NCBI GenBank assembly: GCA_964480125.1
Contig: CAYZNV010000003.1
Span: 3,201-67,200, forward strand
Origin: an uncultured archaeon
Lineage (GTDB): Archaea; Iainarchaeota; Iainarchaeia; Iainarchaeales; VGJJ01
Direction of reading: 5' to 3'
DNA length: 64,000 nt
Under the pieces are notes generated by a model. That model saw only the letters and a program-made list of their open reading frames with translations. It searched no databases and was not told the DNA's origin. Shown here in pieces: positions 10,285-20,691 of the stretch. Position 1 is the first letter of the stretch. Every line of letters starts with the position of its first letter. The position numbers were made by a program, and so were the translations under genes.

Positions 10285-11343
10285 TCCCACGCGTTTTCGG
10301 AGATTGCGCAAGTGAGTAGTCATCGTTTGTGGACTGATTTTGAGCAATAATGCAACCTTTCTGCGCGTATAGCCCTTGGAAAGCAAATTAATTATTTTGC
10401 GCTGCATCGTGCCAGGCTTTGTTGCTTTGATAAGACCACTCCACTCAATGCGGTTGGATTCCTGCAAGGGGGCAGGAGATTCCACCTCGTCCGGCAACAT
10501 GCTGAGTATCCGCACTTTTTTCTTTTTACGACCGAATTTCTTACGAATCGCGTCAATCATCATGAAACCCACACGGCTACGCACAAATTTTTTCCATTTA
10601 ACCGCAATAGATTCGTTGCTATTGATTTTTTTGGGGTCGAAGAACATCACTTCATTCTCGAGGCGAGAAAACACCAGGCTGATCATCTCATCTTTTGGGA
10701 TAATCGTCTCCTTAATCCATTTTTCCAAGAGAGGATAGACCATAAATAACAATTGACGACGCCTTCCCTTGGAGAGCCTATTCTTCACCCGCACGCGATG
10801 GAATTTCGAATTAGCCTTAGCAATGGCAACTACCTGCTCTTCCTTGGTGCGCAAACCATTCAAACGGATAAATTCATAAATAAAATTTATTGATGGCACT
10901 GGTCGACCGGCCGCGTGCTTCATCAATTCCTCATGAATCTCTTTCGGGATCGCGTGAGGCGCCATCTTTTCGATCGTGCGTATAAACCAAAAACGAGGCA
11001 ACTCCAATACCCAATTACGCGCGGGACCCGAGCGCTTCATCCGGCGATAGAAGTCAAACAATGCCCTTCTGGTATGGGGCTTTGATTTATTCTCAGGAGA
11101 TAATTGACGCAACAACATGACGGTGAGCGAATAAGGTACGTGCGCGCGCTCACTGATATCCCTTGCAGTAGTAAAAGGCAATAACCGGCGCTTAGAAAAA
11201 TATCCACGCTGGCGGGGAGTCATATCCCTAAGAGTACGTTCCACCCAACTATTCACAGGGCGCTTTCCTGGCATGCATAATAGAGAACGAACAGAGTATA
11301 AAAATCTGGAGAAAAAAATAAGACAGGTGCAATCACATTGCAC
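10255..11343 (-). CDS. Hypothetical regulator with C-terminal LuxR/GerE-like HTH
   Basis: C-terminus KIINLLSKGYTRRKVALLLKISPQTMTTHLRNLRKRVG looks like a sigma-70 region 4 / LuxR HTH. The N-terminal start is uncertain. Confidence 0.35.
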   Translation of the reverse strand: MQCDCTCLIFFSRFLYSVRSLLCMPGKRPVNSWVERTLRDMTPRQRGYFSKRRLLPFTTARDISERAHVPYSLTVMLLRQLSPENKSKPHTRRALFDFYRRMKRSGPARNWVLELPRFWFIRTIEKMAPHAIPKEIHEELMKHAAGRPVPSINFIYEFIRLNGLRTKEEQVVAIAKANSKFHRVRVKNRLSKGRRRQLLFMVYPLLEKWIKETIIPKDEMISLVFSRLENEVMFFDPKKINSNESIAVKWKKFVRSRVGFMMIDAIRKKFGRKKKKVRILSMLPDEVESPAPLQESNRIEWSGLIKATKPGTMQRKIINLLSKGYTRRKVALLLKISPQTMTTHLRNLRKRVGLPTRAKKVV

Positions 11344-11375
11344 CTGGATATCGGCACCGCGCGACGAATCGCGCG

Positions 11376-12482
11376 CTAGATATACTTCAAATCAAAATCA
11401 TTGCTTCCGCCGCTGCGCGCAGGGGCTGCATTGCTGCGGCCCAGGCTGGTTCCGCTGGATTGCTTTCCTTTGTTGATGAAAGGACTTTTCACGCCAGTGA
11501 AGACCGTGATGATTTCCACTTTGTTGTCGAATGTGGGATTGATTCTTGCGCCCCAAATGACAGTAGCGCGTGTATCAATCTGTTCGGTCAACATCATTCC
11601 AATCGCATTGGCTTCTCCGAGCGTGAGTTCGGGTCCTCCGGTAATGTGATTCAACGCACCCTTTGCGCCGGCGATGTCGACGTCCAACAAGGTGTTGTTG
11701 AGCGTGTCCGCAACGGCTTCTTCGACGCGATTAACGGACTTGCTTTCTCCCACTGCAATCATGGACAAGCCGTGACCGGTCATGATGCTTCTGACGTCAG
11801 CGAAGTCCAAGTTGATCAAGGAAGGCTGGGTAATGGTTTCCGTGATTCCGCTTACCACGCGAGCCACCAATTCATCCGCCACGCGGAAAGCGTCTTGGAT
11901 GGGGAGGTTGGGCACTAATTCTGCCAAGCGATTGTTGTCGATCACAATGACGGTATCGCAGATATCGCTCAAGCGCTGAATTCCTTCCTCTGCTTTGATG
12001 GTTCTCGCTCGTTCGAGGGAGAAGGGGTAGGTGACCATGGCAATAACAATGGCGCCTTGTGCTTTTGCAATTTCCGCAACGACAGGAGCAGAACCTGTTC
12101 CGGTTCCTCCACCCATTCCAGCGGAGACAAACAACATATCCACTCCCTTGAGCACGGCCTCTAAGTCGCTCTTGGAGACTTCGGCTGCTTTGGCTCCGAT
12201 CTCAGGATATCCACCCGCACCCAATCCGCGAGTGACACTTTTTCCGATGAGAATCTTAGTAATGTTATCCGAGATAATGGACAAGTGCTGCTTATCCGTG
12301 TTGATGGCAACCAACTGCGCGCCCGCGACATTCATGCTCGCGAGACGGTTAACGGCATTACATCCGGCACCGCCGCATCCCATTACCATAATCTTTGGAA
12401 CAGACAAATCATCCATTCGAGTTTCTTTTTCACTATTCATTGCAGGTCCTTTGCGGACTGCTTCATCAATCATGGAACGCAT
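11376..12482 (-). CDS. ftsZ: Cell division GTPase FtsZ
   Basis: GGAGCNAVNRL and GGGTGTGSAPV tubulin/FtsZ signatures; 368 aa. Confidence 0.9.
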   Translation of the reverse strand: MRSMIDEAVRKGPAMNSEKETRMDDLSVPKIMVMGCGGAGCNAVNRLASMNVAGAQLVAINTDKQHLSIISDNITKILIGKSVTRGLGAGGYPEIGAKAAEVSKSDLEAVLKGVDMLFVSAGMGGGTGTGSAPVVAEIAKAQGAIVIAMVTYPFSLERARTIKAEEGIQRLSDICDTVIVIDNNRLAELVPNLPIQDAFRVADELVARVVSGITETITQPSLINLDFADVRSIMTGHGLSMIAVGESKSVNRVEEAVADTLNNTLLDVDIAGAKGALNHITGGPELTLGEANAIGMMLTEQIDTRATVIWGARINPTFDNKVEIITVFTGVKSPFINKGKQSSGTSLGRSNAAPARSGGSNDFDLKYI

Positions 12483-12681
12483 GGTTTCACCCCTGGTTTT
12501 CCCCTATTGCTCCTGCGCGCGAACAAAGTGATTTACTTCTACTACACGCAAAGACGCGGATCCATTTCTGTTGTATTACTCATTTTTACATTAATAAACG
12601 TATTCGAGCAACACGCGAGGAAAAAATCATTCATTCAAAAAAACAACCACTATATTATGTAGCGACGAGCGAGTGTGAGTA

Positions 12682-13542
12682 TTATTCCACCGTCAAGCGA
12701 AAAGAACCCTTTTTCACTTGAAAGGAAGGCCACCAATTCTCAACCGTAAAAGATTCGGTTGCAGTAAATTCCGGAACAACTTGCTGTTGTCCCGCGCGTA
12801 CATTCGTGTAGGAGAATAAATCCACTCCCACTGTCTTGATTGCCTGGCCTCCGAATGAGTTGTTGGTAGTAGAAGAATTGAAAATCAGATTCACCTTATC
12901 GCCTTGATTTACTTTGATCTCGGTCACGCGCGCATTGGAGGCGTCAAAAAAACCATCATCGTTTGCCGTCAGGGAGAATGATTTTGCAGTGGGAGAAGAA
13001 CTCACCGCCACTGGAACAGCATTAGCCGCAGCCGCGCGATTGATTTGATCCACATAGCTCCCGGTGCAGTAATCGGGGCCAATCGCATACACATCATAGA
13101 TTCCATTCGCATTCTTTTCGAGTAAGCACGTGGCAGATGTTCCTGCAAAAGCACTCTCCGAGTCCGCACTCACATACACGCGGACCTTGCATAATTCTTT
13201 TCCTTCCGCGAGAGAAGCAATATCCAACCCTGCGGATTCAAAATCCAATACTTGCCCATCCGAAGTAGACCAGAAGGACGCAGTGGCACGACCGCATGTT
13301 TCAAGGGCATCCTCAAAACACTCTTCGCCCTCATCTCCATTGCCACAGACCTGCAATAACTCCCCTGGCCCCGAAGTAGTAATAGGATCGGGAAGCGAAT
13401 CAATGTAGGCATCCAAATCCTCTCTGTTTGTGCTCGGAGGAGCCGTCGAGGTATTCGTTGGAGGAGATGAATTCGAAACGCACCCCAAAAAAAGAATCGC
13501 CAGCAACGCGACCAACAACACGGAATGGAAACGCATAACCAT
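12682..13542 (-). CDS. Secreted lipoprotein-like protein
   Basis: Start reassigned to MVMRF...; signal peptide ends in a lipobox-like LAILFLGC; Ser/Thr/Pro linker. The ORF-track N-terminal extension overlaps the upstream gene. Confidence 0.45.
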   Translation of the reverse strand: MVMRFHSVLLVALLAILFLGCVSNSSPPTNTSTAPPSTNREDLDAYIDSLPDPITTSGPGELLQVCGNGDEGEECFEDALETCGRATASFWSTSDGQVLDFESAGLDIASLAEGKELCKVRVYVSADSESAFAGTSATCLLEKNANGIYDVYAIGPDYCTGSYVDQINRAAAANAVPVAVSSSPTAKSFSLTANDDGFFDASNARVTEIKVNQGDKVNLIFNSSTTNNSFGGQAIKTVGVDLFSYTNVRAGQQQVVPEFTATESFTVENWWPSFQVKKGSFRLTVE

Positions 13543-13601
13543 GTGTATGCTCAGGGGCATATAAATGTTAAGGAATCCGATGGGCTGGGAAATGACCCAA
13601 A

Positions 13602-14165
13602 TTAGGAGTAGCGCTCTTCCTGCCAGGGATCGGCCGTATTTGAGTAACCTCGGACTTCCCAAAAACCAGGCTCATCCTTTTCCACGAATTTCAATTTCCT
13701 CAACCACTTCGCGGACTTATAGAAATACTTGTGCGGCACCAGCGTGCGAACAGGGCCTCCGTGCTTGGCTTCGATTAGTTGTCCATCGTACCCATCCGCG
13801 ACCATCACATTGGGCTTCAGCATCTCCGCGAGAGAAAGAGAAGTCGTGTGACCTCCCTCGCATTCCATTATTACAAATTTTGCCTTTTTAGTAGGTTTAA
13901 TGATTTTGACTAAATCAGTAAAAAGAATCCCACGCCACTTCGTATCCAACTTGCTCCAAGTAGTCACGCAATGAATGTCCACTTGCACATTGGAATGAGG
14001 AAGTTTTTGCAGCTGCTCAAAATTCCATTTCTGGGGTTTTTCTATTTCCCCATACACTTCCAAATCCCAATTATTCACATTCAACTCATCATGAATCCGT
14101 CCACTCTGCAGCACGGGAAAAGCTTTGGTTTCGAATTGCCCGGGAGGGACACGAGGAGAGGGCAT
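13602..14165 (-). CDS. Sulfite-oxidase-family molybdopterin-binding oxidoreductase (YedY/MsrP-like)
   Basis: 187 aa; oxidoreductase molybdopterin-binding domain pattern (HCVTTWSK...ADGYDG...PVRTLVPHKY). Confidence 0.6.
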   Translation of the reverse strand: MPSPRVPPGQFETKAFPVLQSGRIHDELNVNNWDLEVYGEIEKPQKWNFEQLQKLPHSNVQVDIHCVTTWSKLDTKWRGILFTDLVKIIKPTKKAKFVIMECEGGHTTSLSLAEMLKPNVMVADGYDGQLIEAKHGGPVRTLVPHKYFYKSAKWLRKLKFVEKDEPGFWEVRGYSNTADPWQEERYS

Positions 14166-14296
14166 GCACGAATGATGCGCTCATTGGAATTTAATGATTC
14201 TCCCAATTCCACAAAGAGATGATAATTCACTATCCACTATGAAAATCCAACCCCCAAAACTGAGATTTATTAACCCAAAACCTGCTTCATCCCTAT

Positions 14297-15160
14297 ATGG
14301 TCTTTGAATTCCTGAAGAAACTCCTTGGAGGAAAGAAACCCGAACCCAAGGAAGAAACACGCGAAGAGAATCCATTCGGAGAAGCAGAAGAAACAACGCA
14401 TTCCACTCACCACCCCAAAACACACTCCACGCACGCACACAAAAAAGCAAACGCGCGAATGGATGATGTCTCGGACCCGGACGATGAGACGAAAGCCGAT
14501 TACCCAGAGAAGCTTACTGAAATCCCTGAAGACGAAGAAGCAGATGAAACGGAAATGGAACCCGTATTAGTTCCAAAAAAAGGAACGCAGCGCTTTTCCA
14601 ATGAAGAAGCACTCAAGGTTATGGAAGCCGCGCTCTTCATGAGCAGCAAGGGGCTTAGTATTGAAGAATTAGGAAATACCGCAGCGCTACCATTGCTCAA
14701 AGCACGCGAATTGATTCCCGAGCTGGTGGATGGATTTAATGCACGCAACTCGGCATTAGAAATCGTTGAAGATTTGGGAGGGTATCGCATGAAGGTGCGC
14801 TCTCCCTTTGATGAAAAAGTCAACCATCTTGCTGGAGGAACCGAACTCTCCGCGGGAGAAATGAAAACGCTCGCGTTCATTGCCTACAAGCAACCCTTAA
14901 TCCAATCCCAACTCGTGCAAGTGCGCTCGAATACTGCATATGAGCACTTGCAGCGATTAGTGGAAATGGGATTTGTTTCAAAAGAACCCAAAGGACGCAC
15001 CTACATTTTACGCACTACCAAAAAGTTCTCCGAATACTTTGGCGCGCACGCATTGAAACTACGCCCCATGACAGTGGAAGAAAAACTCGAAAGCCGCTCG
15101 CGCAACATGCAAGCGGAAGAGAATAAGGGCGACCAGAGCGCGAGCGAAGATTTAGTGTAA
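14297..15160 (+). CDS. scpB: Segregation and condensation protein B (ScpB) with an N-terminal charged/His-rich extension of about 95 aa
   Basis: Tandem winged-helix ScpB core (EALKVMEAALFMSSKGLSIEEL...; LSAGEMKTLAFIAYKQPLIQSQL...). Confidence 0.7.
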   Translation: MVFEFLKKLLGGKKPEPKEETREENPFGEAEETTHSTHHPKTHSTHAHKKANARMDDVSDPDDETKADYPEKLTEIPEDEEADETEMEPVLVPKKGTQRFSNEEALKVMEAALFMSSKGLSIEELGNTAALPLLKARELIPELVDGFNARNSALEIVEDLGGYRMKVRSPFDEKVNHLAGGTELSAGEMKTLAFIAYKQPLIQSQLVQVRSNTAYEHLQRLVEMGFVSKEPKGRTYILRTTKKFSEYFGAHALKLRPMTVEEKLESRSRNMQAEENKGDQSASEDLV

Positions 15161-15175
15161 TCACCCATCCAAATT

Positions 15176-16006
15176 ATGCCCCAATCAAATGACATCATCG
15201 GAGAGTTCTACGAAAAATATCCATACCCATTACTCTCTAATCTCTCGCGCAAGCATCTCGAAACATATGCGGATCAACTCCTCGCGTGCGCTAATCTCAC
15301 CACTAAAAAACTCCAAGGAAAAACCATCCTCGACGCAGGATGTGGCACTGGAGAAATCGCATGCAGCATGGCCACACGAGCCAAAAAAGTGATAGGGATT
15401 GACTTGAGCAACGCATCACTTACTCACGCGCGCGGATTGGCCAAAAAATATTCCTTGGAGAATATCACATTCACACAGCAGGATATTTTGCAGTTACAAA
15501 TCAAAGAGCAATTTGACCTCGTGACATCGTTTGGAGTATTACACCACACGCAGAAACCAGAAAAAGGATTTGAAAACATCGCACAACGCGTGAAGCCAAA
15601 TGGATTATTGATTGTGGGGTTTTATCACTCCCTTGGAGGATGGAAGCAACGCGCGCAGAAATGGGTGGTTGGAATGCTCGCAGGCAGAGAAACCCAAAAA
15701 CGACTTGCATTCCTTGAAAGACTCCTCAATAAAAAACTCGGACCCCACCAACGCGCATTTTGGGCCGATCGCATTGCCAATCCGCGCGAAAAATATTATT
15801 CCATTCCTGCAATGAAAAAGAGATTTGAAGAAAATGGGTTTGCTATTGTGGGAATACAAGCACACAAACCCCAATTCAGCGTGAAAAATATTGCCAGCGC
15901 GATTGATGTTCTTTTGTTTGAGTTGTTTTTGTTGGTGAATGGATTCAGGTTCGTTATCATGGCAGGGAAGAAAAATACAAAGAACGGCCTAGCCAAGCAC
16001 GTTTAA
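15176..16006 (+). CDS. Class I SAM-dependent methyltransferase
   Basis: Motif I ILDAGCGTGEIA; motif post-II KPNGLLIVGF. Confidence 0.7.
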   Translation: MPQSNDIIGEFYEKYPYPLLSNLSRKHLETYADQLLACANLTTKKLQGKTILDAGCGTGEIACSMATRAKKVIGIDLSNASLTHARGLAKKYSLENITFTQQDILQLQIKEQFDLVTSFGVLHHTQKPEKGFENIAQRVKPNGLLIVGFYHSLGGWKQRAQKWVVGMLAGRETQKRLAFLERLLNKKLGPHQRAFWADRIANPREKYYSIPAMKKRFEENGFAIVGIQAHKPQFSVKNIASAIDVLLFELFLLVNGFRFVIMAGKKNTKNGLAKHV

Positions 16007-16044
16007 CCACATAAGATTATAATGCAAAATGCATTTCCTCGAGC

Positions 16045-16533
16045 ATGCGATTACGTTTCCCCACACGAGCTGTTCGTGCAATGCGACTAATCAAACAATC
16101 AGAAGCGCTCGAAAAGAAAGTAGATGCGCATGCGACAAAAGAAATAGAAAGCAAACGTAAGGCATACTGGGGAAATGGTGCAGCGGCAAAGAAACATAAA
16201 TTAGTCGCAGTAACCCATAAGTTACGACAGGCAATTATACTCAAAAAGATTGCACAGAACTATGATAGATACGCAAAACTTATGCTCGCCGCTCAGAGAA
16301 AAGAAGATAATGCTTTCAATAGTAAAAGAACAAAAAGGCTACTTTCTAAAAGAATAGAGCAAATAAAAAAACAGTTGGGAAGCAACAGCTCTGCCGAGGA
16401 AATAATTCAATATCTAGATGAAATTACTACTTGGGCGCGCCGAATCCCTTCAAAGCGCACGGCGGCACTCATTTTGAAACTATTGCCGCGCATGAAACGC
16501 ATCGTAGAACGCACGAATTTAGCATCAAAATAA
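16045..16533 (+). CDS. Hypothetical K/R-rich alpha-helical protein (AT-rich codon usage)
   Basis: 162-aa ORF; no recognisable domain; locally AT-rich. Confidence 0.3.
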   Translation: MRLRFPTRAVRAMRLIKQSEALEKKVDAHATKEIESKRKAYWGNGAAAKKHKLVAVTHKLRQAIILKKIAQNYDRYAKLMLAAQRKEDNAFNSKRTKRLLSKRIEQIKKQLGSNSSAEEIIQYLDEITTWARRIPSKRTAALILKLLPRMKRIVERTNLASK

Positions 16534-17184
16534 TTTCGTCTGATAACGTGCATCCAATAAACGCACATTCGTCCCCCACTTCTTGCGCGCGCACGTGGGG
16601 AGGGAATTGAATTCCTGGATGTACTTTTGCAGGAAAGAAATCGTACGCTCATCGTGCGGATAACCACTTCCAATGTCCCCATAGTGTTGGAATTCTTCCT
16701 GGATTTTTCTAATCTCACGATCGCGCTCGACTTTGGCAAGAATCGAAGCGGCAGAAACAATGGGATAATTCACATCCGCTTTGTGTTCTGCGACAATTTT
16801 GGGCTTGAACGTGAGGTAGGCATAAATGCGCTTTCCAAAGTTGCTTGCGAGCGGATCAGGGGAATCCACATACACGACTTCGGGTTTTACTTTGAGGTTA
16901 TTGAGCAAGAGACCAATCTTCATGGCCTCAATCTCATTCAGGGAATCGCTCTCCATCAACGCATCCATTTCAGGGGCGTGCAATTGTACGGTTGCAAAAT
17001 CGGAAAGCGTGGACTGCATTAAGGGAAAGAGTCTTTCGCGCTCGGGCTCGGGAATGAGCTTGGAGTCTTTTGCTCCTAATTCTCGCAAAATAGCCTCTTT
17101 TTCGACCTCAATGACGGCCGCGGCTAGCACCATCGGACCGATGGCTGGACCCCTACCTGCTTCGTCAACCCCACAAATGAGCAT
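16525..17184 (-). CDS. rnhB: Ribonuclease HII
   Basis: N-terminus LICGVDEAGRGPAIGPMVLAA matches the RNase HII catalytic DEAGRG motif. Confidence 0.85.
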   Translation of the reverse strand: MLICGVDEAGRGPAIGPMVLAAAVIEVEKEAILRELGAKDSKLIPEPERERLFPLMQSTLSDFATVQLHAPEMDALMESDSLNEIEAMKIGLLLNNLKVKPEVVYVDSPDPLASNFGKRIYAYLTFKPKIVAEHKADVNYPIVSAASILAKVERDREIRKIQEEFQHYGDIGSGYPHDERTISFLQKYIQEFNSLPTCARKKWGTNVRLLDARYQTKLF

Positions 17185-17261
17185 AGTAGGAGTAACGGCT
17201 CATAGGTTTATAGGTCATAGGCCTAAACCCAATAGCCAGCTCGAGCACCCCCAGGGCGTGG

Positions 17262-17270
17262 CTTTATAAG
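17262..17270 (+). promoter_or_regulatory. TATA-like box (TTTATAAG) for L35Ae; transcript probably near-leaderless
   Basis: About 25-30 nt upstream of the ATG at 17293. Confidence 0.35.
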
Positions 17271-17292
17271 CGTTTTTCAGGGCTTTTCTCAT

Positions 17293-17550
17293 ATGAATGG
17301 CGTAATCAAGAACTACCGACGCGGGAAGAACACCCAGCACGAAAATCAGTATGTGATTGAAGTGGATGGCGTGGAAAGCAAGGCCCAGGCCTCCGGATTG
17401 ACCGGAAAGAAAGTCACATGGGTATCGGTTGGAAACACCAAAATTGTAGGCAAAGTCATGGCCCCCCACGGAAGCTCTGGAGCCGTGCGAGCAAAGTTCC
17501 TCAAAGGACTGCCCGGACAAGCCATTGGACAGCGCGTCTCAATCCAATAG
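17293..17550 (+). CDS. rpl35ae: Ribosomal protein L35Ae
   Basis: 85 aa; NYRRGKNTQ...GSSGAVRAKF matches archaeal/eukaryotic L35Ae. Confidence 0.8.
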   Translation: MNGVIKNYRRGKNTQHENQYVIEVDGVESKAQASGLTGKKVTWVSVGNTKIVGKVMAPHGSSGAVRAKFLKGLPGQAIGQRVSIQ

Positions 17551-17592
17551 CTTCCCTATTCTTTCTTTAATTTTTTCTAATTCATTTTCTTT

Positions 17593-18348
17593 ATGCATCC
17601 CGAAGTGTCCAAGAAATTGCCCAAAATCTTAGTCGGCTGCCCCACCCACCAATACAAGGCCGATTCGCTCCAGGCATTCTTCGAAGGAATTCAAAGCCTG
17701 ACATATCAAAATTTTGATGTCGTGCTAGAGGACAATTCCCCCACCCCTCATTATGCCGACAAACTCAAACTACTTGCCAAGCAATGGGAAGCAACCCATC
17801 CCGGGCACACGTTTCGAGTCATTTATTCCGGAGAAACCACTCCAAAAGCCCGCGCGCGATTAGTGCATGGGCGCAATTTGATTCGAGAAATTGTGCTAAA
17901 AGAAAACTATGATTATTTTCTTTCATTAGAACAAGACGTCGTTCCCCCAAGCGACATCATTGAACGCCTCCTGCAACACCAAAAATCATTTGTGAGCGGG
18001 GTGTACTGGAATAAGGAAACTACCACGGAAGGACAACAAAAACTCGCAGTAATGGCGGGAATCTATCTCAACGAAGAAGAGAAAAAGAAAAAACTCGTGC
18101 GCAGCATCGGACTCATGCAGCTCCTTCCCTCGCGGCTGATTGAAGTGGCATACACGGGATTAGGATGTGCGCTCATCACACGCTCGCTATTGGAAAAAAT
18201 CCATTTCCGATATGATGAAACCCAACGCGCATGTGATGATGTATATTTCTGTTTAGATGCGGAAGCACTTGGAGAAAAAATCTATTTAGATTCAAGCATC
18301 TGGTGCGCGCACCACTTCAATGACGCATTCAAGAAAAGCAAGTACTGA
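17593..18348 (+). CDS. Putative GT-A fold glycosyltransferase (family 2-like)
   Basis: DxD-like EQD and a C-terminal GLGCALITR motif resembling GT2 enzymes. Confidence 0.35.
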   Translation: MHPEVSKKLPKILVGCPTHQYKADSLQAFFEGIQSLTYQNFDVVLEDNSPTPHYADKLKLLAKQWEATHPGHTFRVIYSGETTPKARARLVHGRNLIREIVLKENYDYFLSLEQDVVPPSDIIERLLQHQKSFVSGVYWNKETTTEGQQKLAVMAGIYLNEEEKKKKLVRSIGLMQLLPSRLIEVAYTGLGCALITRSLLEKIHFRYDETQRACDDVYFCLDAEALGEKIYLDSSIWCAHHFNDAFKKSKY

Positions 18349-18371
18349 CGCTTCGTTAAATCTATAAGCTC

Positions 18372-19037
18372 TTGAATGACATTCTATTCATGCCAAAGGT
18401 AAAACGATTCCACTCTCCACATGTGCGAGAGTTACTGCAACATATGGTGAAACAACCACCTGCGAGGCGCATTGGAAGACGTCCAAGCGCACATCTCCAT
18501 ACAATACGAAAATTTGGACGAACGTTTATGGATACGTTTCCAGAAAAAATTGTTCGTAATGCACATGGAATTGTAAGAATCAATGTCAATTTCAGCGCAA
18601 ACGAATCAGGCATTGCCATCGCAACCCTGGATGGCCTTGGAAATATGCACAAAACATTATGCGGCCACATCAAAATAGGATTTGAGCCGGAAGCACTTAT
18701 TGTTGAAGCCATTCAGGGGCACTTCGATAGAAAAGATAGAGTCAAGCAAGTCAATACCGTTCTCGGGAAACCATGGGCCAATTACTCATTGGAGTTAGCC
18801 GAGGAACACGCACGCAGATGCGGACTAAAACATGTAAAAATTGCCTCACCAAGAACCAATTACTGGTTTGAACATCCAGAAAAATTGACGAAAACAGATG
18901 AGGGGTGGAAATATTTGGAATTAACAAACCCGGAAGAAAAGAAAGAAATTCAGCAGCGCATGCTAACATCTTACGCCATCATCGCCAAAAAGATGGGATA
19001 CAAAAAACAAGGCGAATTCTATGTCAAAGAATTATAG
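18372..19037 (+). CDS. Hypothetical protein
   Basis: 221-aa ORF; no motif recognised. Confidence 0.3.
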   Translation: MNDILFMPKVKRFHSPHVRELLQHMVKQPPARRIGRRPSAHLHTIRKFGRTFMDTFPEKIVRNAHGIVRINVNFSANESGIAIATLDGLGNMHKTLCGHIKIGFEPEALIVEAIQGHFDRKDRVKQVNTVLGKPWANYSLELAEEHARRCGLKHVKIASPRTNYWFEHPEKLTKTDEGWKYLELTNPEEKKEIQQRMLTSYAIIAKKMGYKKQGEFYVKEL

Positions 19038-19043
19038 TCGTGT

Positions 19044-20690
19044 TTACTTTTCCAGATTTATTTCTACAATCGTCACGGGCACCTGAATCCCTAAGCGCTG
19101 CAATATCTCGGGATGCATTTCTCCCATGAAACCGTGCAATTTTCGAAGCTGCACATTTGCCGTGCGCCCTTCGATGAAACCAGGGAGGATTTCCGCAGAA
19201 TAAGTTGCATCCACTCCAATCTGCCGCGCCAGCGCTTCCACGACTGCTTTCATTTCGGTAAAAGAAGAAGTCGCATGCGCAAGGACCACACACAACTTAC
19301 TGCGCGTGCGCGTTCCCGTGTCCGTTTTGGAATCCATTTCGATGACATGGCCTACTTCAAATAATTTGAAAGGCAAACGCTTGCTTCTATTTGCAAGTAA
19401 CGCGCGCAGCGTTTCGGGATAGAGCATGTTGCGGCACATTGTGAGACCTTGCTCTTTTACCATCCCCAATTGCACGTGCGGGGTTTCTTCTCTTGAAAAG
19501 GATTTGAAGTGATGCTCGTGCGAAGTAAGCACCCACGTGATGACTTCGTGGAATCCCAATCCCACCATGCAGGATTTCACATCATCCTCGAATTGGGTTT
19601 GGGGGAGAACCCCTCCAACCGTAAATACCTCTGGAACCACCGGTTTGAGATTGTCATAATTATAGGCACGCGCAATGTCATCCACCAAATCCAAGGGATG
19701 CAATACATCCGCGCGAAAGAAAGGATGTTGTACTGTCAATTGTTTGGGATTGACTTTTGTAACGTTGTACATCATGCGCTCCAGCAGAGGAACGATTTTT
19801 TCGGCTTGGAGATTCGTGCCAAGCGTTTGATTGACTAATTCCACTTCCACCACGTGCTCATGCATGTGCAATTCCGGCGTGACAATGGTGCGCTCGGGAA
19901 ATTCCACGTGCACCTCATAGATTTCTCCGCCCATATCCGAGAAGAGCAGTGCAAGCATATCCGCAATCGCACTCTGCGTCGGCCAATAATGCCCAGAGAC
20001 TTCCACAAAGAGATCACGATCTTTTTCCGTGACTTTCCCTACTGTATGCGAATTGATGATGGGAGGCATCGAGAGAATATGATTTTTTGCATCCATGAAA
20101 ATGGGATAAATAGGCATTCCATGCAAGAGATGCGCATATTTCTTTCCTTTGGGATGCTGCTCGAGAATTTCTTTTCCCGTTAGGGGGGATTGCATCTCTA
20201 AGGGCTGGAATTTGATCTCATGGGGTTTCATTCCCTTGAAGGAGACTGGCCAGTGAATCACGGAAAGAGGATAGATTCCAATCGAAGCCTTTTTGCGATC
20301 ACGCGCGAATGTCGCGTGCAATTTTTCTTGCACCCAAATGATTTCTTTTAATTTCTCCTCATCGATGCGTAGATTTTTTACCACAAAAGCGGCCGTGTAA
20401 GGACGCACGGGCTGCACTGATTTTTCCACGATCACTCTGTAATCGGATTTTCTCTTTTCAATCGTGGGAGTGCCTTTCGTGTAACCCAAGAATGCATTCA
20501 GCCCACGAGCCAAACCAGGAGTGGAAACCAAATCGATGCGTTCGGCAGTGATGTCAATCTTTGTTTCGGTGGGATTAGCATCTTCCAATTCCAGACCCAT
20601 CTGATAGAGCGTTTGCTCGAGCTTCGTCATCGTGAGGGGCTTCTTCATGTAGCTGTTCAAATTCTGCAAGGAGGTATCGAGCATGACCAT
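19044..20690 (-). CDS. pheT: Phenylalanine--tRNA ligase beta subunit (archaeal type)
   Basis: 548 aa with B3/4 and B5 domain pattern; adjacent to pheS. Confidence 0.85.
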   Translation of the reverse strand: MVMLDTSLQNLNSYMKKPLTMTKLEQTLYQMGLELEDANPTETKIDITAERIDLVSTPGLARGLNAFLGYTKGTPTIEKRKSDYRVIVEKSVQPVRPYTAAFVVKNLRIDEEKLKEIIWVQEKLHATFARDRKKASIGIYPLSVIHWPVSFKGMKPHEIKFQPLEMQSPLTGKEILEQHPKGKKYAHLLHGMPIYPIFMDAKNHILSMPPIINSHTVGKVTEKDRDLFVEVSGHYWPTQSAIADMLALLFSDMGGEIYEVHVEFPERTIVTPELHMHEHVVEVELVNQTLGTNLQAEKIVPLLERMMYNVTKVNPKQLTVQHPFFRADVLHPLDLVDDIARAYNYDNLKPVVPEVFTVGGVLPQTQFEDDVKSCMVGLGFHEVITWVLTSHEHHFKSFSREETPHVQLGMVKEQGLTMCRNMLYPETLRALLANRSKRLPFKLFEVGHVIEMDSKTDTGTRTRSKLCVVLAHATSSFTEMKAVVEALARQIGVDATYSAEILPGFIEGRTANVQLRKLHGFMGEMHPEILQRLGIQVPVTIVEINLEK

Positions 20691-20691
20691 G

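Noticed and set aside
12483-12681. 200-nt non-coding stretch upstream of ftsZ as a possible ncRNA
   Set aside because: It is AT-rich and unstructured by eye, which is consistent with an ordinary promoter or leader region.
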